Positions 27,967-36,103 of a stretch of DNA of 64,000 bases are shown in pieces. Each line of letters begins with the position of its first letter. Position 1 is the stretch's first letter. The notes below the pieces were generated by a model that was not told the DNA's origin, ran no database searches, and saw nothing but the letters and a program-made list of their open reading frames with translations. The position numbers and the translations under genes were made by a program. This DNA is from Acidimicrobiaceae bacterium (GTDB lineage: Bacteria > Actinomycetota > Acidimicrobiia > Acidimicrobiales > Bog-793): assembly GCA_003140595.1 (NCBI GenBank), contig PLKG01000091.1, forward strand, positions 3,647 through 67,646, given 5' to 3'.

Positions 27967-29267
27967 CCCTGATCGGCGTGCTGGGACTCTTCTGTACCCC
28001 GATTAGTGATTGGGCTGAGAAGGACTGCCCAGGTCAGAAGGTCGAGCGGGTAGATGAGGTACCCGAAGCGCGTCGCGGGAGCGAGGAGCGTGGCCAGCAG
28101 CATGGCAAGACCGCTGAAGCCAGCCGCGGTCTGCGGGCTCGACGGCGTTCGCTTCCATAACCCGTAACCCACCGCCACCAGACCAACGAGCGTGAGGATC
28201 GTGATCAACTCCGGCTTGGCCCCCGGGAAGAGCGACACGAGCTCCTGACCGAGGAGCGGGCTAGCCGCGGGTGACTTCACCTTCGTGAGCCCCAGAGGGA
28301 ACCGGATCGCGTTCAGCATGAAGGCGTGGGGGGCGAGGCCTACGCCGACGCCGAGAACCGGGACAACAATCGCCGCGGCAGCCAGTGAGTACCGCCAGAC
28401 CGCACGGCCTCCCCGCTTGTCCCATTGGCCTAGAACCAGCAGGATCAGCAACGGCCACGCGGTGAACTTGAGGGTAGCTGCGAACCCCATCGCCACCCCG
28501 GACCACAAAGGACGTCGGCGGGTCGCCAGTGCTAGGCCTAGCAGCATCAGCGCGATGACGGGAAGGTCATCGCCACCGGTCACCATCGGCAGAGCCCCAC
28601 TCGGCAGGATGACGATCACCTGGAAGATTCGCCATCGTCGCCGCGAGGTTGTCTCCGCTATGAGAAGTGCGCCCGCGATCACGAGCAGGGAGAAGCCGGT
28701 CAATGGAATCCGGGCGTCCTTGAACTCGGGCGGACCGGATGTGGCGTTGACGAGCCCGAAGGGGATCATCCCGGGCAGGTATGGGAAGAACGAGTTCTCA
28801 GACTGGCTGGTCACCGAGGTGCCGATGGACTTCGGGTTGGAGAGGTAGCAGTTCTTGTCATGCGCGACCCGATCCGCGCAGGCCTCGATGACAGTGACCT
28901 CGTTCTGGACGTGCGCACCGGGCTTGGCCTCAGCGCGCAGGATCACCTCGACACTTAGCGGCACGAGCACGACCGTCGCGAGAAGCCCGAGCACGAGATA
29001 GCGACGCAGTCTGTCGCCAGCGCCGCCCACGTCTGGCTTGACGAGCCGGGCGCGACGGCGGCTCACGACCCAGCAGATGACCGTCGCAACCGCATAGGGC
29101 CCGAGCGCCATCTCTGCCCACTGGCGGTAGTCGTCGCTGACGGCCAGAGCCATCGTCCCCAAAGCGAAGACCGTCGCCAGCAGATAAAGAAGGGCGTCCT
29201 GCTGGAGAACCGGAAGGGCGACGAGACGGTCGCGCCAGGTGAGCAACTTGCTCGTGATCGCGGCCAT
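27831..29267 (-). CDS. Polytopic membrane glycosyltransferase candidate (GT-C fold, DUF2029/GT87-like)
   Basis: 478 aa, more than 10 hydrophobic segments, block FAATLKFTAWPLLILL. The family call is from overall architecture only. The last ~45 codons overlap gene 27316..27966 convergently. Confidence 0.6.
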   Translation of the reverse strand: MAAITSKLLTWRDRLVALPVLQQDALLYLLATVFALGTMALAVSDDYRQWAEMALGPYAVATVICWVVSRRRARLVKPDVGGAGDRLRRYLVLGLLATVVLVPLSVEVILRAEAKPGAHVQNEVTVIEACADRVAHDKNCYLSNPKSIGTSVTSQSENSFFPYLPGMIPFGLVNATSGPPEFKDARIPLTGFSLLVIAGALLIAETTSRRRWRIFQVIVILPSGALPMVTGGDDLPVIALMLLGLALATRRRPLWSGVAMGFAATLKFTAWPLLILLVLGQWDKRGGRAVWRYSLAAAAIVVPVLGVGVGLAPHAFMLNAIRFPLGLTKVKSPAASPLLGQELVSLFPGAKPELITILTLVGLVAVGYGLWKRTPSSPQTAAGFSGLAMLLATLLAPATRFGYLIYPLDLLTWAVLLSPITNRGTEESQHADQGQEPLSGTTNSRSLSPIAAEVCPSPASEGEIAGLTVVTSTPTSHS

Positions 29268-29353
29268 CTTTCAGAGCGTACCGGGCTGGTGGCGTCGCGC
29301 GGCAAGCCGACGCGAGTTCAGCCGCACGAGCGTCGGACCTCGCGCGAACGTCG

Positions 29354-29605
29354 GCTGGGGGTGTAGCGCAGACAGGGCTTGACCGTCCGGAATCCCTTCG
29401 GGAATCCTTCCTTTGCTCCACGCTTGTCGAACTCGCCCTTTCAGCGCGACCCCTCTCCGAGCTCGGTCGCGCAGACCGACGTGAAGTCCTTCAGGTGTAA
29501 GAAGAGGGTCCCCCATCCGCCACCGAGCCGGTTGTGGAATCTGATCGTGCCTTGGGGCGTCTCCGCCGTGAAATCCGGCTTGAGGTAACCGAGTTGAATC
29601 CCATG
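29354..29605 (-). pseudogene. Relic of a 1-Cys (Prx6-type) peroxiredoxin: N-terminal ~55 aa joined to C-terminal ~28 aa, in-frame TGA, no start codon
   Basis: Minus-strand translation: HGIQLGYLKPDFTAETPQGTIRFHNRLGGGWGTLFLHLKDFTSVCATELGEGSR*KGEFDKRGAKEGFPKGFRTVKPCLRYTP. It matches the Prx6 N-terminus (FH..LG..W..LF.HP.DFTPVCTTELG...EF.KR..K) and the extreme C-terminus (AKKLFPKG.F......YLRYTP). The central ~130 aa are missing. Confidence 0.7.
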
Positions 29606-29774
29606 CTGTTGCTCGCCATGTCTTCTGCCCAGGAGTCCTCCCACCCGACGAGACCGAGGCAGATTCGATGACATCGGTCAGTGCCCTTTACCCCGCAGTG
29701 CCGATGGCCGGATGCCATCTCGGGCCCAGGTGCACGCCAAAGCGGTGCGGGCTCCCAAGGCCTCGAGCGACACC

Positions 29775-30599
29775 CTAGGGCAACAGGAGATGCCCGAGCC
29801 GGCGGGACGCGCCTACAAGGCCTGTCGCGCCGAGCAAAGCCAGATAGCACGCGTGCACGAGGAGCGCCGGGCCCAACACACCGGTGTCGAGGCCGCGCAA
29901 CAGGGCCACGCCCTGGTAGAGCGGCGTGACCATGATCACGATGCGGAGCCAGCCCGGGTACAGCGACAGCGGGTAGAACACGCCCGAGAACAGGAACAGC
30001 GGGACGATCGCGAGCGAGACCAGATCGAAGTCCTGCCAGCTGCGCATGTAACAGGTGCCGAACATCCCAAGGCCCCCGAATGCGAAGCTCACCAGCATGG
30101 CGGCCGGCAGGCAGAGCACTGCCCACCACGACGCGATCAGCCCGAGCGCGGCCATCACCGTGAGGAACGCGATCGAATAGACGGTGCCTCGGATGAGCGA
30201 CCAGGCCAGCTCCCCGATCGCGACGTCGCGCACCCCGAGTGGCGTCGCGAGCACTGCGTCGTAGGTCTTCGCGATCTTGAGCTTGAAGAAGATCCCGAAG
30301 GTTGCGTCGAAGATCGCGCCGTTCATGGCCGAAGACGCGAGCAGACCTGGCGCGACGTAGTCGGTGTAGGGGATGGAACTGCCGCCGATGGCGAGATGAC
30401 CGACGAGATGATTCAGCCCGAGACCGATCGACAGCAGGTAGAACAGCGGCTCGAAGAACCCGGACACGAGGAATATCCACCCGCGCCGGTACGCGATGAC
30501 GTTGCGCTCGACGAGCAGGCGTGCCCGGCCCCGACCAAGTCCGACTGGCGGGAGCACCCGCAGTGGGAGTGTGAGCATCGGCACGCCGGAGCTGCTCAT
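29775..30599 (-). CDS. ABC-2 type exporter permease
   Basis: ORF 29775..30689. Start is ATG 30599, with GAGG upstream and a 10-nt gap after the previous stop. Six hydrophobic segments. Paralogous to the upstream permease (shared TPLYQGV.L.RGL block). Confidence 0.8.
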   Translation of the reverse strand: MSSSGVPMLTLPLRVLPPVGLGRGRARLLVERNVIAYRRGWIFLVSGFFEPLFYLLSIGLGLNHLVGHLAIGGSSIPYTDYVAPGLLASSAMNGAIFDATFGIFFKLKIAKTYDAVLATPLGVRDVAIGELAWSLIRGTVYSIAFLTVMAALGLIASWWAVLCLPAAMLVSFAFGGLGMFGTCYMRSWQDFDLVSLAIVPLFLFSGVFYPLSLYPGWLRIVIMVTPLYQGVALLRGLDTGVLGPALLVHACYLALLGATGLVGASRRLGHLLLP

Positions 30600-30609
30600 G
30601 AGGGCCGCC

Positions 30610-31437
30610 TCATTGCACGAGCCTCCGGCGATAGGTGACCCTCGCCGCCAGGACACCACCGACGAGCATCGCGAGGAGATAGCCGGCATGCCCGAGGGCG
30701 TCCCAACCTCCGAGGTGTCCGAGCACGAGACCTCGGCAAAGAGTCACGCCTTGATACAGCGGAGTGCACCTGGCGACGACCTGCAACCATCCGGGCAATT
30801 GCGCGACTGGGAAGAAGGTCCCCGAGAACAAGAAGAGCGGGACGATGCCGAAGCGGTAGAGCACCACGAACGACTGGTCGGTCTCACGGGTGGCGCTGAA
30901 CGCCATCACGGGGGCGGCGAAGGCCGCGCCGGTCAAGACCGCGGCCGGGAAGGCAAGCACCGCCCATCCGGAAGGCACCGTGTGAAATGCCGCCATCACA
31001 GCCAGGAAGACGCCTGAGGCCAGGGCGACACGGGTAAGGATCCACGCGAGGTGGCCGTAGAGGACGTCGGTCACCTCGAGCGGTGCGGCGAGCATTGCCA
31101 AATAGGTCTTCAGCCACTTGATACCCGCCATGACCGGGAACGTCGACTCGTTCGTCGCGATCTGCATGGCCGTGCCCGCCAACAATCCGGGCGCGAGGAA
31201 CCAGAGGTAGCGCACTCCACCCACCGCCTGGTTCGACCCGTGATCGATCAGGTGACCGAGCCCGACGCCGATCGCGGCAAGATACAGGACCGGGTAGAGG
31301 AAGGTCGTGGTGACCGATCCCCTCCAGGTCCGCTTGTACGCGAGCAGGTTGTACTGGTATGCCCGCAGCGCTGGCGACAAGCGCGCGCGGCGCTGGCGGG
31401 TCGCGACAGCCGAAGGCAACTGCGGGAAGAAGCTCAA
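30610..31437 (-). CDS. ABC-2 type exporter permease
   Basis: 275 aa, six hydrophobic segments, CTPLYQGVTLCRGL block. 4-nt overlap with the ATPase gene. Confidence 0.8.
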   Translation of the reverse strand: MSFFPQLPSAVATRQRRARLSPALRAYQYNLLAYKRTWRGSVTTTFLYPVLYLAAIGVGLGHLIDHGSNQAVGGVRYLWFLAPGLLAGTAMQIATNESTFPVMAGIKWLKTYLAMLAAPLEVTDVLYGHLAWILTRVALASGVFLAVMAAFHTVPSGWAVLAFPAAVLTGAAFAAPVMAFSATRETDQSFVVLYRFGIVPLFLFSGTFFPVAQLPGWLQVVARCTPLYQGVTLCRGLVLGHLGGWDALGHAGYLLAMLVGGVLAARVTYRRRLVQ

Positions 31438-32391
31438 TCGACGAGGCTCCGGCCTGTCAGGTGCAAGAAGACGTCCTCGAGCGTTGCCCGCCTGACCAAG
31501 GCTGCGATCGGCGACGCCCCGCGAGACCTCACGGCGTCGAGCGTGGCGTCTCCTTGGTCGGTGTAGAGCAGTAGCCGGTCAGGCAGCACCTCGACGCGCT
31601 CGGCAAGGTCGGCGAGTCTCTCACCGTGGACCTGGTGACCCTCGGGCTCGAAACGCAACTCCACGACCTCACGGGTGGACCACTGCTCGATCAGCTCGCT
31701 CGGCGAGCCTGCCGCCGCGATGCGCCCTGCGTCCATCACGACGAGCCGGTCGCACAGCTGCTCGGCCTCGTCCATGTAGTGGGTCGTGATGACGAGGGTT
31801 ACGCCTTCCCGTTTCAGCCGGTAGAGGCGGTCCCAAAGCAAGTGCCGCGCCTGGGGATCGAGGCCGGTTGTCGGCTCGTCCAGGATCACGAGGCTCGGAG
31901 ACGACACCAGAGCTCTCGCGATGGTGAGACGGCGGCGCATGCCTCCCGACAACGGGTCCACGCGCTGATCCGCCCTCTCGGTCAGGCGGGCGAACTCGAG
32001 CAACTCCTCCACGCGCTCGCGCAACTGCTTCCTCGGGAGGCCGAAGTAGCGCCCGTACAGATAGAGGTTGTCCCTGACGGTGAGTTCCAGATCGAGGGTG
32101 TCGTCCTGGGGGACGAGGCCAATCCGGCTCCTTATCTGCGGACCGTCGCGCATCGGATCAAGGCCGAGGACCTGCAGTGTGCCGCCGGAGATAGGCGACA
32201 GGCAGGCGATCATTCGCATCGTCGAGGTCTTGCCTGCTCCGTTCGCGCCGAGGAAGCCGAACGCCTCCCCGACTTCGATGTCGAAGTCAACCGCGTCGAC
32301 AGCGGTGAACTCGCCGAACCGCTTCGTAAGGCCCTGCGCCTGCACCGCGGTGCCAGCACTGTCGCCGGCGCCCTCGTCCGAGGTGGACACG
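31434..32391 (-). CDS. ABC transporter ATP-binding protein (DrrA-like, ABC-2 subfamily)
   Basis: ORF 31434..32525. Walker A GANGAGKT, signature LSGGMRRRL, Walker B LVILDEPT. The start is uncertain: GTG 32391 gives a typical ~318-aa length, and the longest ORF starts at 32525. Confidence 0.85.
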
Positions 32392-32552
32392 GCTAGTGGG
32401 CCATGCCGAAACGAATCACTTGGCCCCCTCGGCCTCTGGCTCACGAGCGCGCCCTCCCCCAGGCGCACCGCGAATACTACCTGCCCAGTCCCTCTCGCCC
32501 GCCATCTGTGTAAAGGCCTCCGCAAGCCGTTGCCGAGACCAGAGCCTAAGCT

Positions 32553-34088
32553 GTGTCGAGCGTGCTACAAGCTCCTGTTTGGCGTGGTTTCCGGCCAGGC
32601 ATCATCACCCTCGTCGTGAGCATGGGAGCCGCGACTGGCGCATTGCTCCCGCTCCGCAACAGCTTGAGCTTGGCGGCAGCGGCTCTCGTCTTCGTCCTGC
32701 CTGTCGTCGGGGCCATGCTGCTCGGCGGGGCGCGCGTCGGACTGCTCGGCGTCGTGCTCGGTTTCGTCGTGCTCGACGTCGTGTTCATCCCCCCTTACGG
32801 AACTCTGACGGTGGGCAGCGGGCAGAACTGGCTGGCGCTCATCGTCTACGTCGCAGTCGTCCTTCTGGTCGCGGTCGTCGTGTCCCGACTGCAGCAACTG
32901 AGAAGCGACTCGGCGCGACGCGCGGCCGACTCGCGCCAGCTCCTCCAGCTGTCCGAGCTGCTCGTCGCGGACAAGCCCTTGCGAGAGCTGCTCGCCGTTA
33001 TCGCTTCGAGCGTCCGGAGCGCCTTCAACTTCGAGACAGTCGCCCTCCTCTTGCCCTCGGTCGCGACCGGTTACCTCGAGATCGTCGCATCCGACGGCAC
33101 CGAGCTCGGGGGCGAGTCACTGGACCGCCTCCTGCCTGTCCCGGGCACGCCAGCGTCACTCACGGGCAGCATCGTCGCCGGCGCACTGCTGCGACAGATC
33201 CCATTGACGGCGACGGGCCGCCCAGTCGGGCTCCTGGTCTTGCGCGGCCGGGCGCTCGACCTACACGACCGCGGCCTGCTCGCGACCTATGCCAACCACG
33301 CTGCCCTTGCGATCGAGCGAGCCCAGCTCCGCGACCAGGCGTTGCGCGCGAACCTGCTCCAAGAAGTCGACGAGTGGCGGGCCGCACTTGTCAGCTCCGT
33401 TGCCCATGACCTGCGCACGCCGCTCGCTTCGATCAAGGTTGCAGTGTCCGATCTGCGAGAACCGGGGATCGTGCTTCCAGAAGCGGCACGCAGTGACCTG
33501 CTCGAGACAATCGAGGAACAGACCGATCGGCTGACGCGCCTTGTCACCACCGTTCTCGACCTCTGGAGGCTCGAAGCGGGCGCGTTGAAACCAAGACGCG
33601 AGCCCGTCGAGGCCGACGACCTGATCGACGAAGCCGCCGCACTGGTGGAGCGCTCGCTTGACACTTCGCGACTGCGCCGGGTCGTGACACCAGACCTTCC
33701 CCCGCTAGAGGTCGATCCCACGCTCATCGCCCAAGCACTGGCAAATCTGCTCGAAAACGCCGCCAGGCATAGCCCGCCCGATGCTGAGATCGCGGTGGAA
33801 GCGGCGCGGGGACGAGGATCGGAGAACGAAGTGGAGATCGCGGTCTCCGATTCCGGCCCGGGAGTCCCCCGCGAGCAGCGCGACCTGATCTTCGAGTTGT
33901 TCCACCGCGGGGCCGATGGCGGCCGCGCCGGCCTGGGACTGGCGATTGCCAAGGCGTTCGTCGAGGCTCACGGCGGCCGAATTGGAGTCGGACCGGCACG
34001 CGGAGGCGGGGCTCGCTTTGTGCTGACAGTGCCCGCGGCATCTCGTTCGGCCGCCGAGCTTCCCGGAGACGACGAGGTCTCCTCTTGA
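32553..34088 (+). CDS. Sensor histidine kinase, KdpD C-terminal-type (DUF4118 membrane domain + GAF-like + HisKA + HATPase_c), lacking the N-terminal KdpD/Usp sensor module
   Basis: Four N-terminal TM segments, H-box VAHDLRTPLASI, N-box LANLLENAARHSP, DSGPGVP, GLGLAIAK. 4-nt overlap with the regulator gene. The start is uncertain. Confidence 0.8.
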   Translation: MSSVLQAPVWRGFRPGIITLVVSMGAATGALLPLRNSLSLAAAALVFVLPVVGAMLLGGARVGLLGVVLGFVVLDVVFIPPYGTLTVGSGQNWLALIVYVAVVLLVAVVVSRLQQLRSDSARRAADSRQLLQLSELLVADKPLRELLAVIASSVRSAFNFETVALLLPSVATGYLEIVASDGTELGGESLDRLLPVPGTPASLTGSIVAGALLRQIPLTATGRPVGLLVLRGRALDLHDRGLLATYANHAALAIERAQLRDQALRANLLQEVDEWRAALVSSVAHDLRTPLASIKVAVSDLREPGIVLPEAARSDLLETIEEQTDRLTRLVTTVLDLWRLEAGALKPRREPVEADDLIDEAAALVERSLDTSRLRRVVTPDLPPLEVDPTLIAQALANLLENAARHSPPDAEIAVEAARGRGSENEVEIAVSDSGPGVPREQRDLIFELFHRGADGGRAGLGLAIAKAFVEAHGGRIGVGPARGGGARFVLTVPAASRSAAELPGDDEVSS

Positions 34089-34939
34089 CTAGGGTCCTCG
34101 TCGTCGACGACGACCCGGCGCTGTTGCGGGCACTGCGGATCGGCCTCGAAGCGAGAGGCTTCGACGTAGTCGTCGCGCACACGGGCGCAGAAGGGCTCTC
34201 CCGCGCAGCTCAGGCGATGCCCCACCTCGTCGTGCTCGACCTTGGGCTCCCAGACATCGACGGGGTCGACGTCTGCAGACGGTTGCGGCAATGGACCGAC
34301 GTGCCGGTGATCGTGCTGTCCGCGCTCGACAGCGAGGATCGAAAAGTGCTCGCTCTAGACAGCGGCGCCGACGACTACGTCACAAAGCCGTTCGGGATGC
34401 AGGAACTCGAGGCTCGCCTGAGGGTGGCATTGCGGCACTCGGCGGCCCGCGACCCCTCGGCGGCGCCCGCTACATTGACCGTGGGCCCTATTCACATTGA
34501 TGTCGGGGCGCGCCTGGTCAAAGTTGCCGGGACCGCGATAGAGCTGACGGCACGGGAGTTCGACCTGCTCGCATACCTGGCCCGCAACGCAGGCAAGGTA
34601 TGTACCCACAGGACGATTCTCCGTGAAGTCTGGGGACCCGGCTACGGGAACGAGACGCACTACCTGCGGGTCTACGCGAGCCGCTTGCGCCACAAGCTCG
34701 GTGACAAGGCTGGTCCCCTCCTGCGCACCAACCCAGGTATCGGTTATCAGCTCGTCGACGAGCGGCCGACTCAGCCTCCAGGGGCAGCAGGCGGGGTCGG
34801 GGCACCTGGCCACGGCGGCGAGCTGCCCGGGGCTGGTGGCGTCGACCCGCCCGATGGGGACGGCCACGAGGAAGGAGGTACCGCCGAGCCACCTGGTGGC
34901 GGCGGCCACCCCGGCTGGAACTGGGAACCAGCGGGGTAA
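34085..34939 (+). CDS. OmpR/KdpE-family response regulator with ~58-aa Gly-rich C-terminal extension
   Basis: MTRVLVVDDDPALL, phospho-acceptor VVLDLGLPDIDG, winged-helix end NPGIGYQLV at about aa 225. The reading frame then stays open for 58 more codons, antisense to the Pro-rich tail of gene 34771..35232. Confidence 0.85.
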   Translation: MTRVLVVDDDPALLRALRIGLEARGFDVVVAHTGAEGLSRAAQAMPHLVVLDLGLPDIDGVDVCRRLRQWTDVPVIVLSALDSEDRKVLALDSGADDYVTKPFGMQELEARLRVALRHSAARDPSAAPATLTVGPIHIDVGARLVKVAGTAIELTAREFDLLAYLARNAGKVCTHRTILREVWGPGYGNETHYLRVYASRLRHKLGDKAGPLLRTNPGIGYQLVDERPTQPPGAAGGVGAPGHGGELPGAGGVDPPDGDGHEEGGTAEPPGGGGHPGWNWEPAG

Positions 34940-35232
34940 CCCGGAGTCGGCTGGTTCGGCCACTGAGGCGCGGGATACCCGCCGTAGCCGGTACCGACAC
35001 CGCCCTGGCGGTAGTGGCGAAGCTCCTTTTGGACAGGCCAATCAGAGAACGCGAAAACGAAGAACATCACGAGGTTCACGAGCGGGACGAGCGCCAAGAG
35101 CACGAACCACCCTGAGTAGCCGGCCTTCGAAACGATCTTGACGGTGCCCACGATCGACGCGACAACAATCGCCAAGTAGATGACGACGATGACCGCCCCA
35201 CTCGCCCCCACCAGGGCTCCCAGGGTGAACAT
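34771..35232 (-). CDS. Small membrane protein, two TM helices plus Pro/Gly-rich C-terminal tail (paralogue A)
   Basis: 153 aa. KAGYSGWFVLLALVPLVNLVMFFVFAFSDWPVQKELRHYRQGG, then a P/G/W-rich tail. GAGGAGG SD 8 nt upstream of the ATG. Paralogue of 35442..35933. Confidence 0.7.
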   Translation of the reverse strand: MFTLGALVGASGAVIVVIYLAIVVASIVGTVKIVSKAGYSGWFVLLALVPLVNLVMFFVFAFSDWPVQKELRHYRQGGVGTGYGGYPAPQWPNQPTPGYPAGSQFQPGWPPPPGGSAVPPSSWPSPSGGSTPPAPGSSPPWPGAPTPPAAPGG

Positions 35233-35236
35233 GCCA

Positions 35237-35318
35237 GACCACCTCCTCGCGGGTGCGCTCCCGGACCGCCTCGGTCAGGCGCCGACCACCGCCCCGGTGC
35301 AGCGAGCGTAGACCGCAC
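35237..35318 (-). promoter_or_regulatory. Conserved upstream region of paralogue A (18-nt block with a -10-like TACGCT, plus a conserved leader/SD block)
   Basis: Minus strand: GTGCGGTCTACGCTCGCT (plus 35301..35318) is identical to the block upstream of paralogue B. GGAGCGCACCCGCGAGGAGGTGGTC (plus 35237..35261) differs from the B copy at 2 positions. Confidence 0.3.
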
Positions 35319-35441
35319 AAGGTTGTATCGCGTCGACCCCAACTCTCGAGTCAGCCGAACACCGGCCCGCGGCGAGGCGACCTGGGACCCCTCGTGACGA
35401 GATCAACCGGTCGTGGCCGGCTCCGCGATATGAGGGCTGAT

Positions 35442-35933
35442 TCAGCGACCAGGCGCTGGCGGCACAGGGCCACCCGGCCACGGCGGCAAGGGCGTATCCC
35501 CCGGCTCGGGCGGACCACCCGGCCACGTTCCCGGTGGTCCAGCCGACCCCGACGGCGCAGAGCTACCTGGCCACTGGGGCGGGGCATTTGGCGCTGGAGG
35601 CGGCCACCCGCCCTGCGGGAACTGAGAACCTCCGGGTCCGTAACCGGGAGCCGGCTGACCCGGCCACGGCGGCTCGGGGTATCCGCCCGGCCTGGGACCG
35701 TAACCACCTTGGCGGTAGTGGCGAAGCTCCTTGTCGACCGGCCAGTCCGAGAAGGCGAACACGAGGATCATCACCCAGCCCACGAGTGGGATCAAGACCA
35801 GGAGAGCGAACCACGGCGAATAGCCGAGCTTGGGGAGGATCTTGATGCCGGCGACGATCACGACGATCACCGAAATGAGCTCGATGATGACAACACCCCC
35901 GCCGCCTCTCGATGCTGCGGACAGAATCTCCAT
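35442..35933 (-). CDS. Small membrane protein, two TM helices plus Pro/Gly-rich C-terminal tail (paralogue B)
   Basis: 163 aa. KLGYSPWFALLVLIPLVGWVMILVFAFSDWPVDKELRHYRQGG, then a P/G/W-rich tail. GAAGAGG SD. Confidence 0.7.
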   Translation of the reverse strand: MEILSAASRGGGGVVIIELISVIVVIVAGIKILPKLGYSPWFALLVLIPLVGWVMILVFAFSDWPVDKELRHYRQGGYGPRPGGYPEPPWPGQPAPGYGPGGSQFPQGGWPPPAPNAPPQWPGSSAPSGSAGPPGTWPGGPPEPGDTPLPPWPGGPVPPAPGR

Positions 35934-35937
35934 TCTC

Positions 35938-36020
35938 GACCACCTCTTCGTGGGTGCGCTCCGGCACCATCCCGCTCAGACGCCAAATCACCTGGCCTCT
36001 CAAGCGAGCGTAGACCGCAC
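35938..36020 (-). promoter_or_regulatory. Conserved upstream region of paralogue B (same two blocks as paralogue A)
   Basis: GTGCGGTCTACGCTCGCT (plus 36003..36020) and GGAGCGCACCCACGAAGAGGTGGTC (plus 35938..35962). The sequence between the blocks is not conserved. Confidence 0.3.
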
Positions 36021-36103
36021 CAGTGCGGGCCGCGCCTGCCCCGTGCTGCGACACCATCTGTACGCTGCGCTGGGCAATGCTGAGCACCGAGAGAGGAGGC
36101 ACG

